The notes below the pieces were generated by a model. It was not told the origin of the DNA and did no database searches. It saw only the letters and a program-made list of their open reading frames with translations. This document shows positions 10,361 to 21,547 of a stretch of DNA of 64,000 bases, in pieces. This stretch comes from an uncultured Bacteroidota bacterium (GTDB lineage: Bacteria; Bacteroidota; Ignavibacteria; UBA10030; UBA6906). The DNA lies in contig CAVOYH010000006.1 in NCBI GenBank assembly GCA_963700635.1, forward strand, positions 1 to 64,000. The letters run 5' to 3'. The translations under genes and the position numbers were made by a program. Positions within the stretch are counted from its first letter, which is position 1. Every line of letters begins with the position of its first letter.

Positions 10361-10374
10361 GCGTAATCGGGATA

Positions 10375-11647
10375 CTACCCGGGGAGACCAACGAGGGTGT
10401 AAGGACCTTTCGGGATGACGGCAATACGCGCATCAGGCCCGTGCCGCCGCATCCCCTCCCGTACGGCTTCCGTTGGCGTTGACGCACTGCGCACAAACAA
10501 CCGGCGTCGCTGTTCGTCAGGAATTCCTGACGAGACGAGGACAATGTCATGGTGTATCGCAACTTTCGCGCACTCTTCAAGCTGCCACTGATCGATCCGG
10601 ACCTTTTTTCCCTTTAATCCATCCAGAAAATTCTTTGCCGTCACCGGTGCGGTGGCCATATCGGCAAACTCCGGACTGCCCAGTCCTTCCGCACACTCTG
10701 CAGCAATGATCAACGTCCCGCCCGGTTTCAGAATCGGAGATGCAGCCGTGATTCCTTTTACTGCCTGGTACAGCGTGAGATCCAGGGGATACCCGGCGCC
10801 GGAGGTGACCACCATGTCCACCGGAGATTCGACGCTCGCCGTCACCGCGTTGCGCACGTGGGCAACGCCCACGGCATGGGCTTCCTCAGGATCACCCGCA
10901 AACACGCCCGTAATCCGGCGCTCGGCATCCAGCGCCACATTCACCATACAATCATGCCCTGCCATCCGGGCGATGGCAAGGAGTTCCTCATGGAGCGGAT
11001 TACCCTCAAGGCTGCCCTCCCGGCACAACGGGTGTTCGATAAACTGCGGACTGTGCAAAGACTTGATTGTTTCTTCTCCGGCGCAACCGGGCGCGATCAG
11101 CTTACGTCCCCCGGAAAAACCGGCCATGAGGTGCGGCTCGATAAAACCCGTCGTGATCTTCAGGTCGGCGGAACAATATGTCTCGTCAATGAAGACCGGC
11201 GTTCCACGGGCTGTCGTGCCGAGGACCCGCTGCTCCTCCCCGGCACGGGCATGATGGTTCACCACACGCACGCCACCGGCGATTGTTTCTCCGAGCATTG
11301 TCACCAGCTCATCGGGCGTGCTCGGCCGGTGAAGGCCGGTTGCGACCAGAATCGTGATCCGATCACGGGGGATTCCGCCCCGTTCGAGCGCCGTCAGAAT
11401 CGGGGGGAGGATCACCGTGTTGGGAACCGGCCGCGTTATATCACACACAACGATACAGGCAGACCCTGCATCACGCGCCTGCTGCGCCAGCGGCAAGCCG
11501 CCTATCGGATTGTCCAGCATGTGAGTCACAACACGCCCGGGATCGGCAATCGCGGGTAACTCACGCATCGACAGGACTGCCTGCAGGTTGCGGTCGGGAA
11601 CCTCAACATCAATTCCCGTTTTGCCGTAGGCGAGATCGGAGAATCAT
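10375..11647 (-). CDS. larA: LarA-family nickel-pincer-nucleotide racemase/epimerase; apparent +1 frameshift just after the start
   Basis: DITRP, ATGLHR, NHH, PHLMAGFSGGRK and DLTLYQAVKG motifs. The conserved N-terminus DLAYGKTG is in frame upstream of 11568, but the coupled ATG at 11647 is out of frame by one extra base at ~11638. Confidence 0.85.
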
Positions 11648-13575
11648 TGTTCCGTTCCTGAATCTGGTCTGCTCTGTGTGTATTGTGCGGCGCTCCGGAT
11701 CTCAGATTTCTTGCCGAAGTACCACATCAGGAGTCCAAACGTGATCATAATGGCGATGATGATGCCGAGGATCATCCTCTCCTGATAGGAGATATCGGTG
11801 AACAGGAGGATCCCCATCAGCAATCCCATGATAATGGTGGTGCCGCCCACAAGCGGGAACGTTGAAACCTGTTTTTTTCCGGCGCCGAATACCTCGCGGG
11901 CGACGTCGATGGGTGTGTCGAGTTTTTTGAAGAACTCCAGCACAATCGCACGTTGTTCCGGCGTCTCGTTTGCAAAAAGCGCGCTGAAGGCGTACAGACT
12001 TACACCCAGAGCCGTCGCGCTGAGCGTTGCGACCCAGAATTGCCAGGCCGAGGCCCCTTCCGGGAGTGAGAGAAGGAAGATGGTGGCAAACACCCCAATG
12101 ACAGCCGCGGACAGCACACCCAGAAGTGGTTTGTTCCTCGTAAACACACCTCCCGTCCACCAGGAAGTTGCGAAAATCCCGAAGGAACTGACGAATGCCA
12201 GATATACCTGCGGTCCGATATCCCACATGAGCACATAACGCACCGTCACGCCGACAACAAGCCCCCAGGCAATCGCGCCGACAGCGGACCATTTTGGCAC
12301 ACGCCGGAAGATAAGACCAAACGCCACCGGGACGACAACGGGAATGTTCAGGAGGGTGAAGAATGCCTGCATCAGATTAAAGATGCCGAACTGACTGGTG
12401 ACAAAGATCACGGCGAGCACCACCACGATAAGCCCGATCACCACCGAGAAGATACGTCCGACGGTCAGCAACTGCTCATCCGAGGTATTCGGCCTGATCC
12501 ATCCCTGATAGATATCCCGTGATAATATGGACGACACCATGTTGTACACAGAACTGAGCGTGCTCATGGTCGCCGCCAGCATCGCTGCCAGGAAGACGCC
12601 GATCAGGCCGTTGGGCAGGAATTTCAGACACAGGGCGATAAAGACGAGGTCCTGCGGGTTGCTGTTGATGTACGGCTTGAAGAAATCGACCTGCGAAAGA
12701 TCCGGCCAGATGACTTTGGCGACAAGCGGCGGTATGCCGAAAACAAAAGGGACGGTCAGGAAGAGCACGCCGGCCAGTTTCCCCACCCGCTTGGCATCAC
12801 GCTCGTCCTTCACGCTGTAGAATCGTTGCGCCGCGCCGGCGGCGGTTCCGAGGCACATAATGATCAAGATGGACACGAGCCAGTGCTCGGTGTAGTGCAC
12901 GCCGTTGTAGACCTGGTCGAAGCTGAGAGGCGGAAGGGACTTTATGAGCATGGCCGAACCCCCCACCAGATTCAGCGCCAGGGGCATCACGACAAACGTG
13001 ATACTGAGGAGAATAACGCCCTGCACCACGTCGGTGATAGAAACGGCCCAGATTCCACCCATGAATGTGTAGAGCAGGATCACCGATCCGGTGACGAGCG
13101 TGACCATGACGATGTCCAGTCCCATCACCGGCGCAAGCAGTTTGCAGGTCGCCGCCAGCTGGACTCCGGCGGAGAGAACAAAATTCAGCGAGATGACGAT
13201 ACTCAGAAGTTGCTGGGTCGTGATGTTAAATCGGGTATACGTGTATTCGACGGGTGAAATGGACCGTGTACGGCGCCAGCGGGCGGCAGTAATGTGGGAT
13301 CCCACATAGTAGGACACCGACCAGATGCCGAAGTAGAGAATGGCAAACCATCCGGTCGCATAGGCAAAACCGGCGGCACCGGTAAAGGTCCAGGCGCTGA
13401 AGTTCGCCATGTACAGCGTCATACCGGAGACCCACCAGGGAATCATACTCCCACCGGCAAAGTACTCCTTTCCGCCTTTGTTGATCTTCATGAAGTAGAG
13501 GCCGATTCCCAGCATAAAAACGAAATATGCACCGATGACCATATAATCATAGATGTTGACAGCTTTCATCATCAC
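11644..13575 (-). CDS. Sodium:solute symporter (SSS family), copy 2
   Basis: EYFAGGSMIPWW, FSAWTFTG, GGIWAVSITDVVQG, QRF and LAATMSTLSS motifs; many transmembrane segments. Confidence 0.92.
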   Translation of the reverse strand: MMMKAVNIYDYMVIGAYFVFMLGIGLYFMKINKGGKEYFAGGSMIPWWVSGMTLYMANFSAWTFTGAAGFAYATGWFAILYFGIWSVSYYVGSHITAARWRRTRSISPVEYTYTRFNITTQQLLSIVISLNFVLSAGVQLAATCKLLAPVMGLDIVMVTLVTGSVILLYTFMGGIWAVSITDVVQGVILLSITFVVMPLALNLVGGSAMLIKSLPPLSFDQVYNGVHYTEHWLVSILIIMCLGTAAGAAQRFYSVKDERDAKRVGKLAGVLFLTVPFVFGIPPLVAKVIWPDLSQVDFFKPYINSNPQDLVFIALCLKFLPNGLIGVFLAAMLAATMSTLSSVYNMVSSILSRDIYQGWIRPNTSDEQLLTVGRIFSVVIGLIVVVLAVIFVTSQFGIFNLMQAFFTLLNIPVVVPVAFGLIFRRVPKWSAVGAIAWGLVVGVTVRYVLMWDIGPQVYLAFVSSFGIFATSWWTGGVFTRNKPLLGVLSAAVIGVFATIFLLSLPEGASAWQFWVATLSATALGVSLYAFSALFANETPEQRAIVLEFFKKLDTPIDVAREVFGAGKKQVSTFPLVGGTTIIMGLLMGILLFTDISYQERMILGIIIAIMITFGLLMWYFGKKSEIRSAAQYTQSRPDSGTEQ

Positions 13576-13598
13576 TCCTTAGGCTGACTGCACAACAT

Positions 13599-15479
13599 TT
13601 ATCCGCGGATTTCTGCTTTTTTCCCGAAGTACCACATCCCCGCCCCGAACACCGTAAGAATGCCAATAATGATTCCCAGAATCTGACCCTCACCCGGAGC
13701 GAGCGGTGTCAGGAATACCAGGCTGAGCAGGGCTCCCATAATGATGGTCGTCCCACCCACAAGCGGGAAGACGGAAACCTGCGTACGCCCTGCCCCGAAC
13801 ACCTCCCGCTCGACATCAATCGGTGTGTCAAGCTTCTTGAAGAACTCTGCGACGACGCGCCGGGTTTCATCCGTTTCAAGCGTAAAAAGTCGCGCGAACA
13901 TGGGCAGACTGGCACCGTACGCCAGCGCAACAACCCAGATCAACAGCCGGATACCCGTGGTCATGGGCACGGCGATGGTCGACTCGAACACCAGCCCAAC
14001 CACCCCGATGACCGCCACACTCAGGACGCCCACGAGGACCTTTCTGGTCTTATACAGTTCCCCAACCCATACGGACGTTCCAAATATCGAGAACGTCATG
14101 ATCATCGACAGGTACACCTGCGGACCGATCGTCCACCCCAGCAAATACCGTCCGGCCACACCCGCAAGCAAACCCCAGGCGATCCCCGCCACCGCCGACC
14201 ATTTGGGCACACGCCGGAAGATCAGCCCAAAAGCCAGTGGGACTGCAACCGGGATATTAAAGAGTGTGAAGAACGCCTGCATAAGATTAAAAATCCCGAA
14301 CTGACTCGTGACAAACACGACAGCCAGCCCCGTCACGATGACCCCGATTACGATGGAGGCCAGCCTGCCAATGCGCAGGAGGTCTTCATCGCGTGTGGAG
14401 CGCTTGAACAACCCCTGATACATGTCCCGTGCAAAGATCGCCGAAACCATATTGTAGACGGAACTCAGCGTGCTCATCGTGGCCGCGAGCATTGCCGCCA
14501 CAAAAACCCCGATAAGCCCATTGGGCAGGAACTGCATTGTCAGACCCACGTACACAAGATCCTGCGGATTACTGCCGATGTACGGTTTGAAAAATTCCAC
14601 GACGGAAAGGTCCGGCCACAAAACGCGTGCGACGAGCGGGGGGATCCCGAGCATAAACGGCCCGAGAAGTGCGAGCCCACCGGCCAGCAGCCCCACCTTC
14701 ACGGCTGACTTTTCATCCTTTACCGAGTAGAACCGTTGTCCGGCACCACCGGCGAAGCCGATGGTGCTGATAAAGAACATGGCGATAAGCCAGTGCTCGT
14801 TGTACACAACCCCGTTGTAGACATGATCAAACGAGAGAGGCGGAATCGACTCGAACAACGTTTCGAATCCGCCCACTTCGTGCAGACTCATCGGAACGAT
14901 GATGGCTGCGGTGCTGAGGAGGATGACTCCCTGCACAACATCGGTTACCGAAACCGCCCAGATTCCGCCCAGAAACGTGTAGAGCAGAATCACGGTCCCG
15001 GTCACCAGCGTGATGATGACAATTTCAATGCCGATGATCGGAGCCAGCAGCTTACATGTTGCAGCAAGCTGAACTCCCGCTGAGAGGACAAAATTGATGG
15101 AGATGACCCAGCTCAGAAACTGCTGGGTAGGCACATTAAATCTTGTGTAGGTGTACTCCACGGGGGAAATGGCACGTGTTCGCCGCCAGAGTTTGCCCGT
15201 CAGCAGTGTGCCTGCCACGTACGCAAACCCCCCGGTCGCGAACCAGATAAGCGGGAACCATCCTGTTTCGTACACAAACCCCGCAATACCGGTGAACGAC
15301 CAGGCACTAAAATTGGCCATATAAAGGGTCATGCCGGAAACCCACCAGGGGATCATGCTTCCGCCGGCGAAGTATTCTTTTGCACCCTTATTAATCCGCA
15401 TGAAGTACACGCCGATGGCGAGCATGAAGACGAAATACCCCCCGATGACGAGGTAGTCGTAAATGTTGACAGGTTTCAT
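13599..15479 (-). CDS. Sodium:solute symporter (SSS family), copy 1
   Basis: Same SSS motifs; colinear close paralog of the adjacent gene. Confidence 0.92.
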   Translation of the reverse strand: MKPVNIYDYLVIGGYFVFMLAIGVYFMRINKGAKEYFAGGSMIPWWVSGMTLYMANFSAWSFTGIAGFVYETGWFPLIWFATGGFAYVAGTLLTGKLWRRTRAISPVEYTYTRFNVPTQQFLSWVISINFVLSAGVQLAATCKLLAPIIGIEIVIITLVTGTVILLYTFLGGIWAVSVTDVVQGVILLSTAAIIVPMSLHEVGGFETLFESIPPLSFDHVYNGVVYNEHWLIAMFFISTIGFAGGAGQRFYSVKDEKSAVKVGLLAGGLALLGPFMLGIPPLVARVLWPDLSVVEFFKPYIGSNPQDLVYVGLTMQFLPNGLIGVFVAAMLAATMSTLSSVYNMVSAIFARDMYQGLFKRSTRDEDLLRIGRLASIVIGVIVTGLAVVFVTSQFGIFNLMQAFFTLFNIPVAVPLAFGLIFRRVPKWSAVAGIAWGLLAGVAGRYLLGWTIGPQVYLSMIMTFSIFGTSVWVGELYKTRKVLVGVLSVAVIGVVGLVFESTIAVPMTTGIRLLIWVVALAYGASLPMFARLFTLETDETRRVVAEFFKKLDTPIDVEREVFGAGRTQVSVFPLVGGTTIIMGALLSLVFLTPLAPGEGQILGIIIGILTVFGAGMWYFGKKAEIRG

Positions 15480-15526
15480 AGGCCGATGGGTTTCAAGAGT
15501 AAGAAATATGAACTCGTGAATTCAGG

Positions 15527-16807
15527 TCAGGGTCTGGCAGAACGCACCCCGTCAAGCAGACGCTGCACTTCGTCAAAAGAATTGTAGATGTGCGTGGAGA
15601 TCCGGAGCGCAGCCATCCCCCCTTCCGTCACACTCCGCGTCCGGAGGTGAAATGTCGAAAGATGCTCCTGCAATGTCAGGTGTGGGATACGATGGTGAAG
15701 AAACGTGGTCATCGCGCTCCGCAACGACGGCTGTTCGGGCGAAAGCACCTGGATATCCGGCAACTCACGCAGCCCGGCGGCGAGCCGGTCGGCCAGTGCG
15801 CGGTCACGTGCCCAGATATTCTCCATGCCGATCCGCAGGACAAACTGCAGCGCTGCGCCAAGCCCGACACGCAACGGCGTACTCACCGTCCCGTATTCAT
15901 AACGCTGCGCCGTCGGATGAAATGCCATCGGGCCTTTGGGGAAATCAAAACCCCCGTCCGAATGCGCCCCGATGAACCGGGGGGTAATCGTCTGCAGCAT
16001 ATCTTCGCGCACGTACAGGAGACCGGTTTCTTTCGGTCCCATGAGCCACTTGTGCCCACTGGTAGCGTACGCATCGCAGCCGATCTCATGAAGGTTGAAC
16101 GGAAGCATCCCGACAGTCTGGGCGCCGTCCAGGAAAGACCATATCCCCCGCGATTTCGCGAATGCTGCAATCTCCCGCACCGGGAGATGCAGACCCGTCG
16201 TGGTGACGACGTGGGATACATTGATAAGCCGGGTGCGCCGTCCGGTCAGCTTCTTTATCCTGTCGAGGTTTTCTTCGGCGGAGGTGGTTGACGGCTCGAA
16301 CGTCCGGAGTACGATGCCGTGGCTCTTTACGAGAGCCAGCCATGTGAGCGCATTCCCGACATGTTCATGTGTGGAGAGTATCACTTCGTCACCCGCCTTC
16401 CACGGCAGTCCGTGGGCGACAATATTGATCCCTTCCGTAGTATTACGTACGAATGCAATCTCTCCCGCCGAACAACCAAGGACACGCGCTGCATCCTCCT
16501 TAATGCCGGCCCATAATTCATCGGTACGTCCTACCTCGCAAATCTGCTCCAACTCATCCATTTTCCCCTTTACGGCCTCCAGGACGACGTACGGAGACGC
16601 ACCCAGTCCGCCGGTATTAAAGTATGCGCGGTCCTTCGTAAGCGGGAATTGATCGCGCACGAAAGCCCAGAACTCTTCATTCCGGGGTTCCACCTGCGGC
16701 CAAGCCGCAGAAGGAGGTGGGCGGGAGGCAGCATGTGCCAGTCCCGGCAAGAATGCGCCGCCAGCAACACCGGCGAGACATGTGTGAAGAAATTGTGATC
16801 GTTTCAT
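15527..16807 (-). CDS. Class V PLP enzyme (cysteine desulfurase/isopenicillin-N epimerase-like) with Tat-like signal
   Basis: MKRSQFL...AHA signal; YFNTGGLG, RNTTEG, EH, LDGAQ, SGHKWLMGP (PLP lysine) and RISTHIYN. Confidence 0.88.
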   Translation of the reverse strand: MKRSQFLHTCLAGVAGGAFLPGLAHAASRPPPSAAWPQVEPRNEEFWAFVRDQFPLTKDRAYFNTGGLGASPYVVLEAVKGKMDELEQICEVGRTDELWAGIKEDAARVLGCSAGEIAFVRNTTEGINIVAHGLPWKAGDEVILSTHEHVGNALTWLALVKSHGIVLRTFEPSTTSAEENLDRIKKLTGRRTRLINVSHVVTTTGLHLPVREIAAFAKSRGIWSFLDGAQTVGMLPFNLHEIGCDAYATSGHKWLMGPKETGLLYVREDMLQTITPRFIGAHSDGGFDFPKGPMAFHPTAQRYEYGTVSTPLRVGLGAALQFVLRIGMENIWARDRALADRLAAGLRELPDIQVLSPEQPSLRSAMTTFLHHRIPHLTLQEHLSTFHLRTRSVTEGGMAALRISTHIYNSFDEVQRLLDGVRSARP

Positions 16808-16859
16808 AAACGTATGATCGTACTCCCGATGGTCTTGGAATGTAATACACTGTTCGCGG

Positions 16860-19107
16860 TCAGGAAGAAACCGTCATCCGGACTTTTATCGTCTTTCCTT
16901 TTGCGGGATACGGGATCTTTACCGCACCGTCGTCCATGCCGAGCAATCTCCCGTCCAGCCGGGCCTCTGCAACACTGCCCCGGACAACGGTAACATCAAC
17001 CCGGGATCCGCGCACGGTAAACCGGAGGTTCATCGTATCCAGTCCACGAAGAAGTTGCGGGCGGAGGACGATCCCGTCCAGATCCGGCTTAAATCCCATC
17101 ATATGATGCCCCATCAACACAACAAGCTCAGCCCAGGACCAGCCCACGATCGGAGACTGGCGGAGCGGGCGGCGTAATACTGGGGCCATACCGTTCAAAC
17201 CATGCCCCGGCTCGGCCGCCATGGATGCCGGCCACCCATTGGAGCGCTTTCCAGACGCGGTCATGATCGCCGGCCTCGAGAGCCGCACGCGCGACCAGCA
17301 GAGTGGCAATTGGCCACGGACCGGGCGGATCGGGTTCACTGTCGGTATTGTACCGTGCGTACCCGCCAAAATCCCAGCGCTGATTCCAGAGATTTTCCAT
17401 ATAGGCAAGCGTTTTTTTCGCTGTCTCACTATGGGGGTCGAGGAATCCATAGATAATCGGATAGAGCGTGCCTGAATCAGGATCACACTGGGGGTACTCG
17501 ATAGTTGCAATGGGTGATCCGGGTGGCATACCTGCACGATTGGCAGGCACAAAGTGGCGCTGCCATTGGCCATCCCGCGTACGTCGCTTGATAAGGTGGC
17601 CGTCTTCGACAAAACGGTATGTGGGGTGGTTGAGCGCAACATCTTTCAGGTTTGCCGACGCTTTCTCCCACCGTGATGCTGTCTTGTTATCGCCCAGCAA
17701 TCGGGCCACAGCTGCGCCCTTCTCAAGGCCAAAAGCCACCCAGAATTGATACACAAGCTCAAACCCATCTTCCACGCCGAACCTGTCGTCGCGTTCCCAG
17801 AACTCCCGCTTGTTCCGGAGGAGCGTGCTCTTCGGATCTTTAAAGACATCCAGGAGCGGGAAATCCCCGGCAAGCACAATCTTGTCCCAGTACTTTCTGA
17901 TCAGTGCGGTATCACCCGTCCAGCAAAGATAGACCCATGCGGCAAAAAGGATCTGCCCGTTCTGATCAAGTTCTGTGTAGTCGTACCCGGACCAGCGGCT
18001 GGATTCGATCGTACACCCGTCCGGGCCGATCGACTTCGAAAGCATTTTGTGAAGGATAACACGCGCTTCCTCATGAAAGCCCGCCATCGCCAGACCCTGC
18101 ATCATCATCACATCGTCCCGCACCCATTCCATATTGTACATCCAGTAGCCGCTGTCCCGCCGCCCGCTGCGTGCAAGGTGCGCCTTCAGACCCGACCGGG
18201 CAACCTGGTACAGATGAGCAAGAGTATCGTTGCTGGATTCAAGTGTCGGTTTTGTTTTCCAGTAGGCCACAGTCTCGCGCCATACCTTTTGCATGTCACG
18301 CGACTTCAGCGGAACAGTCCCCGGCCGTATGGTATAGACAAACCGAACGAGGGTCTCTTTTCCCGGGGCTGGAGGCTGCACAGCCACGCGGAGTTCATAT
18401 CGCCCGGATGTTTGTGTTTTGCCGTCCAGACAGCGGAGAGTGACTTCCGTATATCCCCGCCCGGAGACGGTGCCGATCTTTGGATCGGGGCCGATCTCAT
18501 CGAAGATTGCGAAGTTCGGGACGAGGGCCAGGGCAAGGGTCAGGTCGGCCACCTCTCCGCCAACATTCTTCACATGAACCTGCCGGATCAGATATCCCCC
18601 CCGGTCGGGCACATAGAGCTCCTCCACAATCCGCATAGCCCCGGCTTTCCAGGTGACCTCGACAACGGGAACTCCTTCTTTGACCACCCACTGGACGGAT
18701 TCGAGTGTCGACGGGGACGCAGCATGTCTTTTCCCCTCGCTGAACACACCGAGGGCGGTGTGTTCGAATCCCCGCTCGGGATGGAACAGATAGGTGCTCC
18801 ATTTCCGGGAGAACCGTTCTGCATCAACCAGGGTCACCCCCAGAAATGATGGTGGAAGCGCACCGGAACGGTCAGGTGCGAACTGGAGGATGGCGTGAAT
18901 GTCGCCGTTTCCGAGAAAGAAGTACTCGATACCGTTCTGGTATGTGATAAAATCCTGATGGAGGCGTTGGGTGAATTTCCCGGGTGCCGGCGCTTCCTGG
19001 GGGGTCGACCGTGGTTCAGCGTACAACTGATCGAATGCGCCAAGGCCGCCAGCCGCCGGCAGCAGGAGCGTTACTGCGGGAGTTTTGAGAAAGTTACGCC
19101 GTTTCAT
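16860..19107 (-). CDS. Tat-exported GH15-like (alpha/alpha)6 glycoside hydrolase; apparent +1 frameshift at ~17152
   Basis: Start at ATG 19107 (MKRRNFLK, SD GAAAGGA). WVRD, ELDQNG and EFWER resemble the GH15 WxRD/QxD/WEE motifs. The C-terminus IVGWSWAEL...RMTVSS continues in another frame to 16860. Confidence 0.7.
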
Positions 19108-19120
19108 GGCCGATCCTTTC

Positions 19121-20723
19121 TTACTTGTACTGAATGATAATTGCCGACCGGCCATGTACCCGGCAGACGGCATCCGCATACGGACTATGGTCAACCACCG
19201 ACGTCGTGGCGCGAACGAGCACGGCCGTTACACGTCACGCGGTGCGCACGCATTCCGGCCGGGAGCAGAACGTGGAGGTCCAGTGATGCGCGTCCCTCAA
19301 CCTCAAGGGTGATTGTTCTGGTGGCGGCTGTGTGATCATACGTATAGGAAATTGAAGCACCTGATGCGCCATACCCACACAGGACATGGGCTTCCTTTTG
19401 GCCGGCGGCAATCCAGCGGGGTGCCAGTCGGACGCGCCCGAACAACCGCTGTTGGTCCACCACGCCCGCCAGACCTTCCATCAGGGCGTAGAGCATGGCC
19501 GAGGCACCCCATCCGTCAGTCGGATAGGCTTCCGGACTGGTACTTGTTTCTTTGGTTGCGTGTTGACCGTTGGGGAAATACCACAGATAGGTTTCGTTGT
19601 TTCTGGTGAGCTCTTCATACCGCAGGAGCTGGTCAATCCCGAATGACTCCTGGCCATGTTCCAGTGCTGCACGCGCCAGTTCTCCGCCCACAAGAGGCAT
19701 GATCCCGCCGTTGCAGTACGCGCCCTGCACAAGTTTTTCATCACCGTAGATGCCATCGGGGAATGGAGGATCGATGCTGAACCATGGGGCGAAGGCCCCG
19801 GTGGATGTTCCCCGCAACCGGTATTCCTCCAGGATGGACGCAGCCATCGCGTGTGTGGCCAACCCCCGGTTGATGTTCATCGGGTTGCTCAGGCTCAGCT
19901 GCGCGGCGACATCCACGCCCTCAATATGCACGGGGACAATCGGCACATGGTGGGTGTAGAACCGTCCGTTGAAGCTGACCGCATTGGCCCGCTTCCGGAA
20001 CCCCGCGGCAAACCGGCGCCAGTAGGCAGCGCGTTTGTGCTGCCGGAGATGCTCGTACATCACTCCCATCTGAATAAACGCCTGGTAATAGCCGGAACTG
20101 TCCCCGTGCATGATCCCCCAGAATGTGTCTTCCGTTATCTGGAAGTTCAGCCATTCATGTTTGCCGGCCGTATAGTCGAAGTCCCACGTGTCGATCGTGT
20201 ATGCCCGTTTTACCAGACCGCGCTTTTTGTCCCATCTCCATGGATCGGAGAGAATGTACGCCAGCGCTTTTTCGCAGTTGGGCAACAACCGTTTCATCCA
20301 GGCATCATTGCCCGTGGCCTGCCAGGCAAGAAACACGCCGTTAATAAACCGGTACTCCACATCGGCTTCAACGGGGACGCGGACATGTTTGGCCCAGTTC
20401 TCCCGTTCACAGGGAAGCTTGTCGGGCACGAGGGTCACATAGTCGAACAACCACCCCTTGAGCGTCTGGGTTTCGGCAAAATACTCCACCATACTGGTCA
20501 TGTCCTCTTCCCAGTACCGGGCGCCCCGCATCATGTCCGTATGATCGCGGATCCAGAGACTCGGCGTATCAGGGGAATGGTACCCGCGTACTCTGGAGCC
20601 CATCACATTTATTTCCGAGACATCCTGATCCATGAACGCGCGAATGCGGGGGAGAAGCGCATTAATACGCTGGTCACCGCAATCAATGTGCGTTTCCATC
20701 ACGGTTCTTCTTTTCTGTTTCAT
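19121..20723 (-). CDS. Hypothetical six-hairpin glycosidase-like protein; apparent +1 frameshift at ~19217
   Basis: WIRDH, EADVEY, WQATGND, DTWDF and GWGASAML...LAG motifs. A shifted frame continues VRATTSVVDHSPYADAVCRVHGRSAIIIQYK* and ends at 19121, directly before the next gene's SD. Confidence 0.6.
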
Positions 20724-21547
20724 TCAGCCTTCTCTTTGCTGACAACCGGGAATAACGGTCCGTGAAACTCTTCCCCCTCCTGCAGATTTCCGCGGTCGCC
20801 GATAATGTGCTCCAGAGGTGTATAATGTGTGCCTGCGGGCATAAAGATCGTGACCATCGCCCGTCTGGGCAGATCTGTCGTATTCGGGCCGGCGTAATGG
20901 AACGTTAATCCGCTGTGAAATGTGCAGCTTCCCGCCTTCATCTCCGCGACAAACGGGCGGGTTGACTCCCGATCACCCATCGGCAACAATCGCAGCAGGT
21001 CGTCATCTCCGGCGTTCCCGAGATCCACCGGGTTAAGGGGCCCCAGTTTGTGCGAGCCCGGAATAAACCACATACATCCGTTCTCCACCGTGACATCGTC
21101 CAGAGCCATCCAGCAGGAAAGGGCACCGTTTTCCTTCATGGGCCAGTAGACCTTGTCCTGATGCCATGCTGTGGCTTTGCTGTCTTTGGGATACTTGATC
21201 AGCGCATGGTCGTGCCAGAGACGTACCTCCGGCGAACGCGTGAGCTGCCGTGCGATACTCCCGATGCGCGGGCTCAGGACATAGCGTTCAATCAGCGGGT
21301 ACCGTTCCCACACGTTGACCATCTGGAGGAAGACCTTCGTGTACCCTTCGTCAGCCCTCGGCCCCCAGTTCTCCTTGAGGCGGTCCCTGTCCGCGATGGC
21401 CACTCCCAGCGCTTTCCGTACCGCGGCGACCTCCTCCGGGGTGAGCACATTATGCAGTTGCACGAAACCGTTTTCTTCATAGAACCGCACCTGCTCCTCC
21501 GTCACATCAAACCGTCCTCCGTACATAACACCCTCCGTCGTGTTCAT
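20720..21547 (-). CDS. Phytanoyl-CoA dioxygenase (PhyH)-family Fe(II)/2-oxoglutarate dioxygenase
   Basis: WHQD, WMALDDVTVENGCM..IPGSH and FHSGLTFHYAGPN..D..RR. Start at 21547 from the ATGA overlap. Confidence 0.9.
   Translation of the reverse strand: MNTTEGVMYGGRFDVTEEQVRFYEENGFVQLHNVLTPEEVAAVRKALGVAIADRDRLKENWGPRADEGYTKVFLQMVNVWERYPLIERYVLSPRIGSIARQLTRSPEVRLWHDHALIKYPKDSKATAWHQDKVYWPMKENGALSCWMALDDVTVENGCMWFIPGSHKLGPLNPVDLGNAGDDDLLRLLPMGDRESTRPFVAEMKAGSCTFHSGLTFHYAGPNTTDLPRRAMVTIFMPAGTHYTPLEHIIGDRGNLQEGEEFHGPLFPVVSKEKAE

Noticed and set aside
11644-15479. Repeated DNA blocks suggesting a mobile element or mis-assembly
   Set aside because: They are explained by diverged paralogous SSS genes with many synonymous differences. 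No transposase or terminal repeats are present.
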